DNA of 64,000 nucleotides from a virus. The notes beneath the pieces were generated by a model that saw nothing but the letters and a program-made list of their open reading frames with translations, searched no databases and was not told where the DNA came from. Below are positions 18,110-27,408 of the stretch, piece after piece. The position numbers and the translations under genes are program-made. The DNA is taken from the IMG/VR virus record IMGVR_UViG_3300028883_000992, positions 1 through 64,000 of that record, one strand, 5' to 3'. Position 1 is the stretch's first letter, and every line of letters begins with the position of its first letter.

Positions 18110-19348
18110 TTGAACTACCAAATAGGTTGCATTATATGTGCACTTAGAACAGACATAGAACAGTTATTACAATATAATGAACAATACTTTGTTGGTAAAC
18201 CTCAAGAAATCTTCAAAGTTGTCATTAATTTATACAGCCAGTTTGGTGAAGTATCTGAAGAGCTATTAAAAGAAAATCTTGATGCCAGACAGTTAAAATA
18301 CTATGAAATCGCTGATGTAGATATTACTAAAAAAGACCAGTATTTTAAACAACTTGAAGACCAGTACACAAATAGAAAGTTATTAGGTCTGTCAAATTAC
18401 CTCAAACAAAATACTGTTACTGTATCAGAGAAAATAGGCATAGTAGGTAAGACATTAGATGTAGTAACCAAAACAACTTCAGAAAAAACTGTTCAATCAT
18501 TAGGTGAAATATATCAAGATGTTTTAAAAGACATAAATTCCGGTAGCAGAAAATGCCTTCACTTTGGTATAGAAAGTCTTGATAATGAAATAACGGGCAT
18601 TTTTGAAAATGAATATGTTATCATAGGTGGATGGCCTTCTGTTGGTAAAACAGCATTAGCAATACAATTGCACATAAATATGTCTGTACAAAAGGAGATT
18701 CCTACTGCCATATTCAGCTTGGAAATGCCCGCTAAGGATTTAGTTTATCGTATCATTGCTAACATGTGTGATATTGATCTTCACAAGTTTGGAACCTATA
18801 ATTTTACTAAAGAAGAAATGCGTAGAATTGAGGTACAAAGCAAAAAATTAGGCAAATCTCCATTATATGTTGTTGAACTTCCTTCACCCAATATTTATAG
18901 TATATTAAAAGAATGTTCAAAACTTATAAGAACAGAAGGTATTCAACTATTCTCTTTAGATTTTATACAGCGTCTAAGTGAGACTGACAATAAACATGCT
19001 GAAATTAGCACTATCTCCAAGCGTATCAAGGACTTCACTAAGGAAACAGGTGTGCCTCTATTGGTGCTTTCACAGCTAAAAAGAGTGGCAGAAAAAGACA
19101 AAAACGGACGTATAAGACGGCCTGAAATTTTTGACTTAAAAGAGTCCGGTTCTTTAGAACAGGACGCAGATAAAGTCGTATTAGTTTATAGAGAATCATA
19201 CCAAAACAAGGATTTAATACAATCAGAAAACGAGAATGTACCTAACAGGCTTATTAATGATATGGAACTTAATGTTGTAAAAAACAAGAACGGACGTATA
19301 GGTATGGTTCATTGTACATATACGAAAAAGAATCAGAGAATATTTTGA
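18110..19348 (+). CDS. dnaB: Replicative DNA helicase, DnaB family
   Basis: GGWPSVGKT, FSLEM, LSQLKR, DLKESGSLEQDAD, KNKNG. Confidence 0.92.
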   Translation: MNYQIGCIICALRTDIEQLLQYNEQYFVGKPQEIFKVVINLYSQFGEVSEELLKENLDARQLKYYEIADVDITKKDQYFKQLEDQYTNRKLLGLSNYLKQNTVTVSEKIGIVGKTLDVVTKTTSEKTVQSLGEIYQDVLKDINSGSRKCLHFGIESLDNEITGIFENEYVIIGGWPSVGKTALAIQLHINMSVQKEIPTAIFSLEMPAKDLVYRIIANMCDIDLHKFGTYNFTKEEMRRIEVQSKKLGKSPLYVVELPSPNIYSILKECSKLIRTEGIQLFSLDFIQRLSETDNKHAEISTISKRIKDFTKETGVPLLVLSQLKRVAEKDKNGRIRRPEIFDLKESGSLEQDADKVVLVYRESYQNKDLIQSENENVPNRLINDMELNVVKNKNGRIGMVHCTYTKKNQRIF

Positions 19349-19716
19349 TTACTTGGAACAGAACAAAGTTGAAAATAATACCTATAGACCGCTTCCAAAG
19401 TCTATGCGATAGATACGACTATTTTCCTGATCTCATTATAAACAAAAGTAATCCTGATTCAAGAGCATCTTATATTAACGGAAAAATTATAATCTATACA
19501 TCTAAACATGAAACCTCTAATTCTTATTACTGGCTTTATTGTCATGAATATTTTCATATGCTTATAGATCATAATAAAGCAGCACAACATTACTTATCTC
19601 GCTTTCCTACCGATGCACGTGACTCTATCGAGGAAATGTTTTGTAATATATTTGCCACAATAGAAGCAAAGGGGCAATATGATGGAGACTGGTTGGTAAA
19701 AAGGAGTAAAAAATGA
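19312..19716 (+). CDS. HExxH zinc metallopeptidase (ImmA/IrrE-like)
   Basis: CHEYFH..EEMFCNIFA; real start may be the TTG near 19345. Confidence 0.6.
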   Translation: MYIYEKESENILITWNRTKLKIIPIDRFQSLCDRYDYFPDLIINKSNPDSRASYINGKIIIYTSKHETSNSYYWLYCHEYFHMLIDHNKAAQHYLSRFPTDARDSIEEMFCNIFATIEAKGQYDGDWLVKRSKK

Positions 19717-20402
19717 ATGTAGTTAGTTTAAGTGGTGGGAAAGATTCAACAGCAATGTTATTGATGATGATTGAAAAAAATATTAAAATAGATAAAATAA
19801 TTTTTGTTGATACCACAAAGGAATTTCCTGCTATGTATAAACACATTAAAAAAATAAAAAAAATATGTCCCGTTGAAATTACAACTATTGAAATTGATTT
19901 TGATTATTGGTTTGGTGAACGAATAAAAACACGTGGAAAAATTGGTGAAATTGGATACGGATGGCCCCACTATTTAGGTAGATGGTGTACCGGACTAAAA
20001 ATACAAGCTAAACTAAAAAATAAAGATAAAAATGATATTGATTTTATAGGTATAGCTTATGATGAAAAACATCGAGTGATGAAAAATACAAGTAGGGAAA
20101 TTTTTCGTTACCCTTTAGTTGAATGGGGTATAACATCTGCACAAGCCTTACAATATTGCTATTCTAAAGGCTTTGATTGGGATGGATTATATGAAAAATT
20201 CAACAGGGTTTCATGTTACTGTTGCCCACTATCAAGAATATCGGAACTAAGAATTTTATATAATGATTTTCCTGAACTTTGGAAAGAGTTGGAAGAAATG
20301 GACAAAAAAACTTTTAGAAATTTTCGCAAGGATTATACTCTAAAAGAATTAAAAGAAAAGTTTGATAAAGAGAACCTAAATATACCATACAAAAAAACAT
20401 GA
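19713..20402 (+). CDS. PAPS reductase / PP-loop family protein
   Basis: SLSGGKDSTA, RWCT, RYPL, RVSCYCCP. Confidence 0.88.
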   Translation: MNVVSLSGGKDSTAMLLMMIEKNIKIDKIIFVDTTKEFPAMYKHIKKIKKICPVEITTIEIDFDYWFGERIKTRGKIGEIGYGWPHYLGRWCTGLKIQAKLKNKDKNDIDFIGIAYDEKHRVMKNTSREIFRYPLVEWGITSAQALQYCYSKGFDWDGLYEKFNRVSCYCCPLSRISELRILYNDFPELWKELEEMDKKTFRNFRKDYTLKELKEKFDKENLNIPYKKT

Positions 20403-20422
20403 ATATATAAGGAAAATTATTA

Positions 20423-20608
20423 ATGAAATTTAAATACATAGAAAATATGGTAAAAGACATAATCAAAGATTTAGAAGAAGTTGTTGATGAAATACCTGAA
20501 GCAGATTATTATGAAATATTAAAATTTTTAGGAACACCTAAAACAAAAGATGTTTTATATGATTACCTATATGATTTAATAAAATCAAGATATTATAACG
20601 AACTATAA
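20423..20608 (+). CDS. Hypothetical protein
   Basis: AAGGA RBS. Confidence 0.55.
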   Translation: MKFKYIENMVKDIIKDLEEVVDEIPEADYYEILKFLGTPKTKDVLYDYLYDLIKSRYYNEL

Positions 20609-20618
20609 AGGACAGTAA

Positions 20619-21665
20619 ATGAGATGGCAAGATGATCCTATAATTGTAGCTAAAGTAATTCAATCAAAATACGGATTTAAGCAATCATACGCAGAAATAC
20701 AGGAAATGATAGAGGAAGAGTATGGCATCCACACTTCAAAAAAACGTATAAGAGATATTATAAGTGAATGGGGATTAATACGTAGACATCGTAACTACTA
20801 CCGTGATATTGAACCTACTAAAGTTTATGATTACTTCCACGAACTTTTTAATACAAATTCTTTAAAAATTGTTCCACCTAAAAAAACTAAGGGACATATA
20901 CAGCGTAAGATATTGGCTTCTGATCCACACTTACCTTTTGTAGATGAAGACCTATTTAAAAAATTGTTAAATGAAAAAGCCGATAAGTTAATTATAAACG
21001 GAGACATATGGGACATGTATTGTATGTCACGTTTTATAAAATACAATATGGATATTACTTTAAGTCAAGAAATCCATGACAGTTTACAATATATAAGAAT
21101 ATTATGTGAAACTTTTCCTGAAGTCGAATTTTCATTAGGCAATCATTTCCAACGACTCTTCAAAGCTATTATAAAACATGAGATGGGTATGGAACTCATA
21201 AAAGCAGGGTTAATAAAATATAAACCAGAACATATATTAGAAGACACCTTTCCAAATTTAAAAATAGCATCTACACCAGTAAAGGGTTTAAACTTTGATT
21301 ACGATGTTGCATGGTTTGGAATAGACGGTGATCTTGCATATGGACACTTTGAAAAAGCAAGCAAAATTGTAGGAAAACCTGTTATTGATGCATATGAATC
21401 TATGTTTAAATGGCGTAAGGCTTTTGATTTTAATATAGATCAAATACGTGTTTTTGCACAGTCACATACACATAAATTTTTCCAATCATTTTATGGTCTA
21501 AATGATGTTATGTTACTGGAGACAGGATGCTTATGTGCTATCCAAGATTATGCCGTACAACCCGCAATGAAATATCAACCTCTCAATCAAGGGTATCTAA
21601 CCTTCACCCAAGAGGACGGCGTAACCGATTGGGACTCAATGACTTTCCATGCACACATGACCTGA
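20619..21665 (+). CDS. HTH plus calcineurin-like metallophosphoesterase
   Basis: N-terminal SYAEIQ..HTSKKRIR; SDPH, NGD, GNH, GH, SHTH. Confidence 0.8.
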   Translation: MRWQDDPIIVAKVIQSKYGFKQSYAEIQEMIEEEYGIHTSKKRIRDIISEWGLIRRHRNYYRDIEPTKVYDYFHELFNTNSLKIVPPKKTKGHIQRKILASDPHLPFVDEDLFKKLLNEKADKLIINGDIWDMYCMSRFIKYNMDITLSQEIHDSLQYIRILCETFPEVEFSLGNHFQRLFKAIIKHEMGMELIKAGLIKYKPEHILEDTFPNLKIASTPVKGLNFDYDVAWFGIDGDLAYGHFEKASKIVGKPVIDAYESMFKWRKAFDFNIDQIRVFAQSHTHKFFQSFYGLNDVMLLETGCLCAIQDYAVQPAMKYQPLNQGYLTFTQEDGVTDWDSMTFHAHMT

Positions 21666-21685
21666 AATATTTTTTCAGAAAGTGC

Positions 21686-21714
21686 TTGACTAAAATTTAC
21701 ATTTTGTGTATATT
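21686..21714 (+). promoter_or_regulatory. Sigma70-type promoter TTGACT-N17-TATATT
   Basis: Nearly identical to the promoter at 9196. Confidence 0.7.
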
Positions 21715-21756
21715 GTATTTGTAATTGATTCAAAGAAACCTGAACGGAGGCAAATA

Positions 21757-22341
21757 ATGAAACGTAATCCAAAAAACGTATCGGTAAACGATTTGGCGAA
21801 GTGGAAAGAGTATAAGCATAAACCATCAGAAGCAAGTCCTTGTCTATGGCATGCTGTCTCTGTTCCGTGTTGGTGGGTAACTCGTGAATATGATGATAGA
21901 AAGCAAATAGCTTCATACGGCGGCGACACTCCAGAGGAAGCCGTCCAAAAATGGCTCGATGACGTTGACCCGTTGCCGGAGCCGGAGTTGCCGACCCCGA
22001 TAGAAGCTATACGGGGTTATCTTGATTGGATAACCAATAAAATAGCTGCGGCTGACTACACGGAGAGCTATGGATACTACACATTCACCGATTTATTCAA
22101 AGCCGTTGTAGCCGCTGAGAAATCCCACTCAAAAGAATTGAGCGAAGCAGAGAAGATTGTCCTATCATTGGACAAGTTCTTTTCAGCTTCATGCTATTAC
22201 AATGGTTCGATTAAAGGCATTATCGAGCATCTGATACATGATGCTGGTGTGTGTCATATCGATTCACGTGGCGAGGGTATGCGTGGTATTATCAAGACCA
22301 TTGCCGACCGTATCCGAGCGAAGAAAGGAAATAAGTCGTGA
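21757..22341 (+). CDS. Hypothetical protein (GC-richer than flanks)
   Basis: GGAGG RBS supports a start at 21757 within the ORF-track ORF 21706..22341. Confidence 0.65.
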   Translation: MKRNPKNVSVNDLAKWKEYKHKPSEASPCLWHAVSVPCWWVTREYDDRKQIASYGGDTPEEAVQKWLDDVDPLPEPELPTPIEAIRGYLDWITNKIAAADYTESYGYYTFTDLFKAVVAAEKSHSKELSEAEKIVLSLDKFFSASCYYNGSIKGIIEHLIHDAGVCHIDSRGEGMRGIIKTIADRIRAKKGNKS

Positions 22342-22530
22342 AGGTTGAAATTATCAATAATGCCATAGTGCTCGCGGCCAATGAGATCGCAAAGAAAACA
22401 AACATGGAATCACTTGAGATACAATGCATCATTCTGCGATATTTGTAGCAAGAGAGTCTAAAAGATGCAAGTCGTGACCAATAAACCATTATTATATAAT
22501 TAGTATAAAACAAAACCGTAAGGAGAAAAA

Positions 22531-23040
22531 ATGAAGAAACTTATTATTCTACTTATTATTTTAATGTCTGTATCTGCTTTCGCACAGGATACTACATATA
22601 CAAGAATTGCTATTGGTCTTAATATGCAAGATGTATATGATGCAATTGCAGGTAATGATGATCTTGGAGCAGCGATTCAAGTAGCTCCTATTATTCCTAT
22701 TAAACCGTCTGAAGGTACTATACTCCACGATCTTTATTTTATCCCATTTATTCGTGGTGGGAAACAAAATACATGGACAGCATCAGCAGGTGGTGGAACA
22801 GTCTATGATTTTGGTGACTATTATCTCCGTTACAATGCTCAACTTTTTGAAGTTAATGAAAGTGAAGACATTAAGGCTGAACTTGCTCATGAATTTGGTA
22901 TGGGTATTTCACTACAGACGGTTACAAAGTGGAGTTTCTTTTACGATTGGTATATAGACATGTATTACCGTTATAACACGGAAATGGATTCTAATAACCA
23001 GCGTGATGAACTTATGATTTCAATAGTAAAAGTATTGTAG
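22531..23040 (+). CDS. Secreted / outer-membrane beta-rich protein
   Basis: Sec signal MKKLIILLIILMSVSAFA; alternating aromatic beta strands. Confidence 0.65.
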   Translation: MKKLIILLIILMSVSAFAQDTTYTRIAIGLNMQDVYDAIAGNDDLGAAIQVAPIIPIKPSEGTILHDLYFIPFIRGGKQNTWTASAGGGTVYDFGDYYLRYNAQLFEVNESEDIKAELAHEFGMGISLQTVTKWSFFYDWYIDMYYRYNTEMDSNNQRDELMISIVKVL

Positions 23041-23058
23041 ATTTAATAATAATCATAT

Positions 23059-23131
23059 CGGGGTATAACTCAACTGGCAGAGTATCTGACCTTTAATCAG
23101 ACGGTCGTAGGTTCAACTCCTACTACCCCGA
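23059..23131 (+). tRNA. tRNA-Lys(UUU) with atypical C33
   Basis: Acceptor CGGGGTA/TACCCCG, A73, anticodon arm TCTGA-CCTTTAA-TCAGA, TTCAACT T-loop. Confidence 0.85.
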
Positions 23132-23144
23132 TATAAGGAGAATT

Positions 23145-23567
23145 ATGATCAAGTTTGACGGGAAACAAAAGACAATATCATATAAAATGATACAACAATC
23201 TTTGTGTTATGTAGGCAAAGAGTTATTCATAGAAATGTTTGGTAGAAAAGCTGAAATAACTAAAGAAAACTGTATTAAATTCATAAAAGAATATAGAAAA
23301 AGAGAATTCCAAAACTTAGTTAATGAAGGCTGTACCAAATCAGACGCATTGTTTGGAGCATATGAATGTTGTATAGCAGGTATGAAAATACTAGCATCAG
23401 ATTTAAACACTGAATACCGTATTACAGATAGGCAATATGAATATTTTTACCAAAAATTTTATGATCAAAGGTTTTATGATCAACCGCATTACACCCCACA
23501 TCTTAGTGAAAGTCGCACAATAGGAACTGCCATTTATAACATTTTAATGAATAGGAATATAAAATGA
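23145..23567 (+). CDS. Hypothetical protein
   Basis: AAGGAG RBS. Confidence 0.6.
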   Translation: MIKFDGKQKTISYKMIQQSLCYVGKELFIEMFGRKAEITKENCIKFIKEYRKREFQNLVNEGCTKSDALFGAYECCIAGMKILASDLNTEYRITDRQYEYFYQKFYDQRFYDQPHYTPHLSESRTIGTAIYNILMNRNIK

Positions 23568-23929
23568 TGACCACAAATAGTTTAGGAATAGCACTTAATC
23601 AAACCATCACTAATAAAAACATAGGTTATCACTATAATCCTAAAGATAGGTACTCTCACTATTTTTATACATTAACAGGACCGCGTGTAACAGCAGAAGG
23701 TCATGACTTTTTAGACACATATAATGCTTTTGTTAGTAAATATAACGGCAGAACAATAACTCCATCAGAAATAACGATTGAGATGATAGAAGTTATATGT
23801 AAAGACCTCTTTAATTCAGGCAAAAATTTTTTTGCAGGTGCATTTAATCCATCAAACTTCAGGCAATTTTTTGCAGACTACATAAATGAGCAAGGTCCAG
23901 AATATGTAGAAAAAATGAGGTCGTTATAA
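23564..23929 (+). CDS. Hypothetical protein
   Basis: ATGA coupling. Confidence 0.6.
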   Translation: MMTTNSLGIALNQTITNKNIGYHYNPKDRYSHYFYTLTGPRVTAEGHDFLDTYNAFVSKYNGRTITPSEITIEMIEVICKDLFNSGKNFFAGAFNPSNFRQFFADYINEQGPEYVEKMRSL

Positions 23930-24421
23930 GTGCAAGTTTACTCAGAATATACAGAAGGCAAAATTCACAAAACCAATGAAGGTAGATTAGTCATCTATTT
24001 AAAAAAGAAAGGTACTAAAGGCAAAATAGTTTCTTATCCAAAATATTTAATAGAAAAACATTTAAATAAATATTTGGCAAGAAACGAAACAGTACATCAC
24101 ATTAATGGTAATTTTTTAGACAATAGAATAGAAAATCTCAAAATAATAGACAGAAGTAAACATGCATCAAATCATGCAAAAAGACTTGTAAAACAAGAAT
24201 TTATATGCCCTTATTGTGGTACAAAATTTAAATTAAGCGGAGAACAATTGCATGATACTGATCACAACAGAAAAAAGGGCAAAGCAGGACCATTTTGCAG
24301 TAGGAGTTGTGCAGGAAAATATGGAGCATTTGTTCAAAATGGTGGTAAAAAATTAGAAGTAAAACAAATTAAAAAAACATATTACACTAAATTATATGGG
24401 GATGTGCCCGAACTGGAATAG
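23930..24421 (+). CDS. HNH homing endonuclease with C-terminal zinc finger
   Basis: ETVHHINGNFLDNRIENL; CPYC..FCSRSC. Confidence 0.85.
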   Translation: MQVYSEYTEGKIHKTNEGRLVIYLKKKGTKGKIVSYPKYLIEKHLNKYLARNETVHHINGNFLDNRIENLKIIDRSKHASNHAKRLVKQEFICPYCGTKFKLSGEQLHDTDHNRKKGKAGPFCSRSCAGKYGAFVQNGGKKLEVKQIKKTYYTKLYGDVPELE

Positions 24422-24481
24422 GGAACGGATTTAAGCTCCGTCGCTCGTAAGAGATTGAGGGTTCGACTCCCTCCATCCCCA
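24398..24481 (+). tRNA. tRNA-Leu(UAA)
   Basis: Acceptor GGGGATG/CATCCCC, anticodon arm ACGGA-TTTAAGC-TCCGT, long variable arm, TTCGACT. Confidence 0.92.
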
Positions 24482-24495
24482 CTTAAAAGGAACAT

Positions 24496-25647
24496 ATGAA
24501 AATATTTGAAGGTAAAAGAGTTCATATAAAATCTTGGTGCAATAATCCAGAAGAAGGTGCTATACAACAAGCACTAAATCTATCATCACTACCATTTATA
24601 TTCAAACATGTTTGTCTAATGTCTGATTGCCATGAAGGTTATGGTATGCCAATAGGCGGTGTTATAGCAACAAAAAATATTGTTATACCAAATGCAGTTG
24701 GTGTAGATATTGGTTGTGGCATGCTGTCTGTAGAAACAGATATTGATAATTTAGACAAAGATCAAATAAAATCTATAATGGGTAAAATTAGGGGACTTGT
24801 CCCAGTAGGATTCAACCATCATAAAACTAACCAAGAATGGAATGGATTTAACAATATCCCACTTATTGATGTTATAAGACAGGAAGTTGATAGTGCACGC
24901 AAACAGCTTGGTACATTAGGTGGGGGTAATCATTTTATTGAATTACAAACAGACGGAAACCATATACATTTTATGATTCATAGTGGTTCTCGTAACTTTG
25001 GATATAAGATTGCAAAACATTTTAATGAAGTGGCTACAAAACTATGTCATAGATGGTACTCAAATATCCCTGAAATTAAAGGTGAAGATGGATTAGCGTT
25101 TTTACCTATAGATACAAATGAAGGTCTAACATATTTTACCGCTATGAGTTTTGCTCTTGATTTTGCTCAAGCCAATAGAAACCTAATGGCCGAGAGAGTA
25201 AAAGAAGCCATCAATTCTGTTGTGTCCTGCAATTTTGAAGAGTCAATAAACATTCATCATAACTATGCGAGATTAGAAAATCATTTTAAGCATAATGTTA
25301 TAATACACCGTAAAGGTGCTACTTCAGCTAAAGAAAATGAAATAGGTATCATACCGGGATCACAAGGAAGCTATTCATATATTGTACATGGACTAGGAAA
25401 TCCAGAATCATTTTATTCTTGTTCTCATGGTGCAGGTAGAAAAATGAGTCGTAAAAAAGCAAGGGAAACATTGGAGATTAATCAAGAAACAGAAAAAATG
25501 GGCAACATTGTACATAGCATAAGAAATAAGCAAGACTTAGACGAGGCTCCGGGTGCATATAAAGATATAGATATAGTTATGGAAGAACAACAGGATTTAG
25601 TAGCGATAAAAAAGAAACTCTATCCATTAGGAGTAATAAAGGGGTGA
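24496..25647 (+). CDS. rtcB: RtcB RNA 3'-phosphate/5'-OH ligase
   Basis: DCHEGYG.PIG, VGVDIGCG, LGTLGGGNHFIE, HSGSR, HHN, HRKGA, SCSHGAGR, DEAPGAYK. Confidence 0.96.
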   Translation: MKIFEGKRVHIKSWCNNPEEGAIQQALNLSSLPFIFKHVCLMSDCHEGYGMPIGGVIATKNIVIPNAVGVDIGCGMLSVETDIDNLDKDQIKSIMGKIRGLVPVGFNHHKTNQEWNGFNNIPLIDVIRQEVDSARKQLGTLGGGNHFIELQTDGNHIHFMIHSGSRNFGYKIAKHFNEVATKLCHRWYSNIPEIKGEDGLAFLPIDTNEGLTYFTAMSFALDFAQANRNLMAERVKEAINSVVSCNFEESINIHHNYARLENHFKHNVIIHRKGATSAKENEIGIIPGSQGSYSYIVHGLGNPESFYSCSHGAGRKMSRKKARETLEINQETEKMGNIVHSIRNKQDLDEAPGAYKDIDIVMEEQQDLVAIKKKLYPLGVIKG

Positions 25648-25736
25648 TAATATTTTTTGATATAATATTATTACTTTTATTTGTAGTATTGGCACACGAT
25701 GTCATAGACCATATGAAAGATGAGTATAGAAGATGA
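25644..25736 (+). CDS. Small single-TM peptide (30 aa)
   Basis: GTGA overlap with the rtcB stop and ATGA overlap with the next gene; hydrophobic N-terminal half. Confidence 0.45.
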   Translation: MIIFFDIILLLLFVVLAHDVIDHMKDEYRR

Positions 25737-26086
25737 GACATCCTACCCCTACATTAGACATAAAAGAAACAGTAGAATTTTTAACAATTTGTTCACCATT
25801 TGATGAGGGTTTAAAAAGATCGGAAATTACAGTCAGAGACAATAAACTTGTTTTAGATAACAAGACTATTAATAATATAATATGTGATATTTTGGTTGTT
25901 GAAAAAATAGATATTGCACTCATGATGTTTCTTAATAAAATAGGACGTATACAATTTAAAGAAAGGTTAATGGAATTTAGTGACGGTGACACAATAAGTT
26001 TAATGTTTTTTGAATTATATAAACAATATAGTCAGAAATTTAATATCAAAGAATATAATAAAATAGCAAGGGAATACTATAAATGA
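25733..26086 (+). CDS. Hypothetical protein
   Basis: Coupled ORF. Confidence 0.6.
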   Translation: MRHPTPTLDIKETVEFLTICSPFDEGLKRSEITVRDNKLVLDNKTINNIICDILVVEKIDIALMMFLNKIGRIQFKERLMEFSDGDTISLMFFELYKQYSQKFNIKEYNKIAREYYK

Positions 26087-26916
26087 CAGGATTAGTATTA
26101 TCAGGTGGTGGTTCTAAAGGTGCTTTCCAAGTAGGTGCATTAGACTATATCTTAAATCACACTGATATTAAGTTTGATTGCATAGATGGAGTATCAACAG
26201 GATCACTTCAAGGTTCTATGGTAGCTACAGATCAATTTGCATATCTTAAAAATATGTGGCTATCCATCAAAAAAGACAGTGATATCGTAAAACATAGTTG
26301 GTGGAAATTAATGTTCCTAAAATTTCCATATAGTTTCACTGGGTTAGAGGGTTATTTAAAATACGCACTTAAAACCGGATACAAAATACCGTTCTTTTGT
26401 GGAGTTGTTAATCTCGACACCACTAAATATAGAAGTATAAGGAATCCGAATTATAGAGAAATATTGGCATCATGTTCTATACCTGTACTTTTTGAACCTG
26501 TTTACTATTATGAAAAACCATTGGTAGATGGTGGTCTTAGAAATGTAACACCTTTGAAAGATGCTATTGATAGAGGCTGTGACAAAATTATTGTCATAAC
26601 TTGTGGCAATAGAAAAGATGAATTACCCTTCTACCCACAGGAAAAATACAATGTTAAAGATGCGTTATTCCGTACCTTAGATATAATGGTTCATGAGATT
26701 AAATTAAATGACTTTCTGTTTAGAGATATTACTCAAGCAGAGAAGATAAATACATGGGTAGAAAATGGATTTGAAAAATATCGTAAGATAGACATCACAG
26801 TTATAGAGCCTCAACATAAATACACTGTTAATATGGATAGTCTTAAATTTGACCCTACAATAACAGAAGCATTGATGAATCACGGATTTAATCAAGCAAT
26901 GGAGGTATTAAAATGA
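26083..26916 (+). CDS. Patatin-like phospholipase
   Basis: SGGGSKG, GVSTG nucleophile, ASCSIP, DGG. Confidence 0.92.
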   Translation: MTGLVLSGGGSKGAFQVGALDYILNHTDIKFDCIDGVSTGSLQGSMVATDQFAYLKNMWLSIKKDSDIVKHSWWKLMFLKFPYSFTGLEGYLKYALKTGYKIPFFCGVVNLDTTKYRSIRNPNYREILASCSIPVLFEPVYYYEKPLVDGGLRNVTPLKDAIDRGCDKIIVITCGNRKDELPFYPQEKYNVKDALFRTLDIMVHEIKLNDFLFRDITQAEKINTWVENGFEKYRKIDITVIEPQHKYTVNMDSLKFDPTITEALMNHGFNQAMEVLK

Positions 26917-27072
26917 ATGTAAGAATAAGCAAAATAGAAGACCGTATTGATAAAATAGAAAAAATACAAATAGAATTATATAAATCAATAGGTAATTTAG
27001 CTGAATCAATAAAAAATAATAATGAGTCATTACAGTTATTAATTACTGTATGTCAAACACTAATGGAAACTA

Positions 27073-27408
27073 ATGGCAAAAAAGAAAATTGATTTAGAAA
27101 AACTTAAGGTTATAGATGCTCAATATAACCATGATAATTTTTTTGAATGGGATAAACATAGACAAGAAATATATACATCAATAAAGCGCGGATATATAAT
27201 AGATATAGATTTACTTGAACCGCGACATGTTCAACTTTTTTTAGATATGTGTGAAGATTTCTTTACAAACTTAGGTGAAACCCATATTATTTTTCAGTCT
27301 ATGAAAGGACGTTTGAGAAAAGTAAGAGAATGGGCAGACAGCAGAAGACTTAGATATAAGAAACTCGGCAACAAACATAAAATTCATGTTGGGAGAGTGA
27401 GTGGATAA
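27073..27408 (+). CDS. Hypothetical protein
   Basis: ORF coupled to the amidase. Confidence 0.55.
   Translation: MAKKKIDLEKLKVIDAQYNHDNFFEWDKHRQEIYTSIKRGYIIDIDLLEPRHVQLFLDMCEDFFTNLGETHIIFQSMKGRLRKVREWADSRRLRYKKLGNKHKIHVGRVSG

Noticed and set aside
21706-21756. ORF-track N-terminal extension (similar cases at 27992, 36615 and 57488)
   Set aside because: The extensions overlap promoters, hairpins or other genes; downstream ATGs have better RBS or coupling.
23059-23131. Reading the tRNA as an ochre (UUA) suppressor implying stop-codon recoding
   Set aside because: The stem register centres UUU in a 7-nt loop. Long genes are intact under code 11 and TAA is used as a normal stop.
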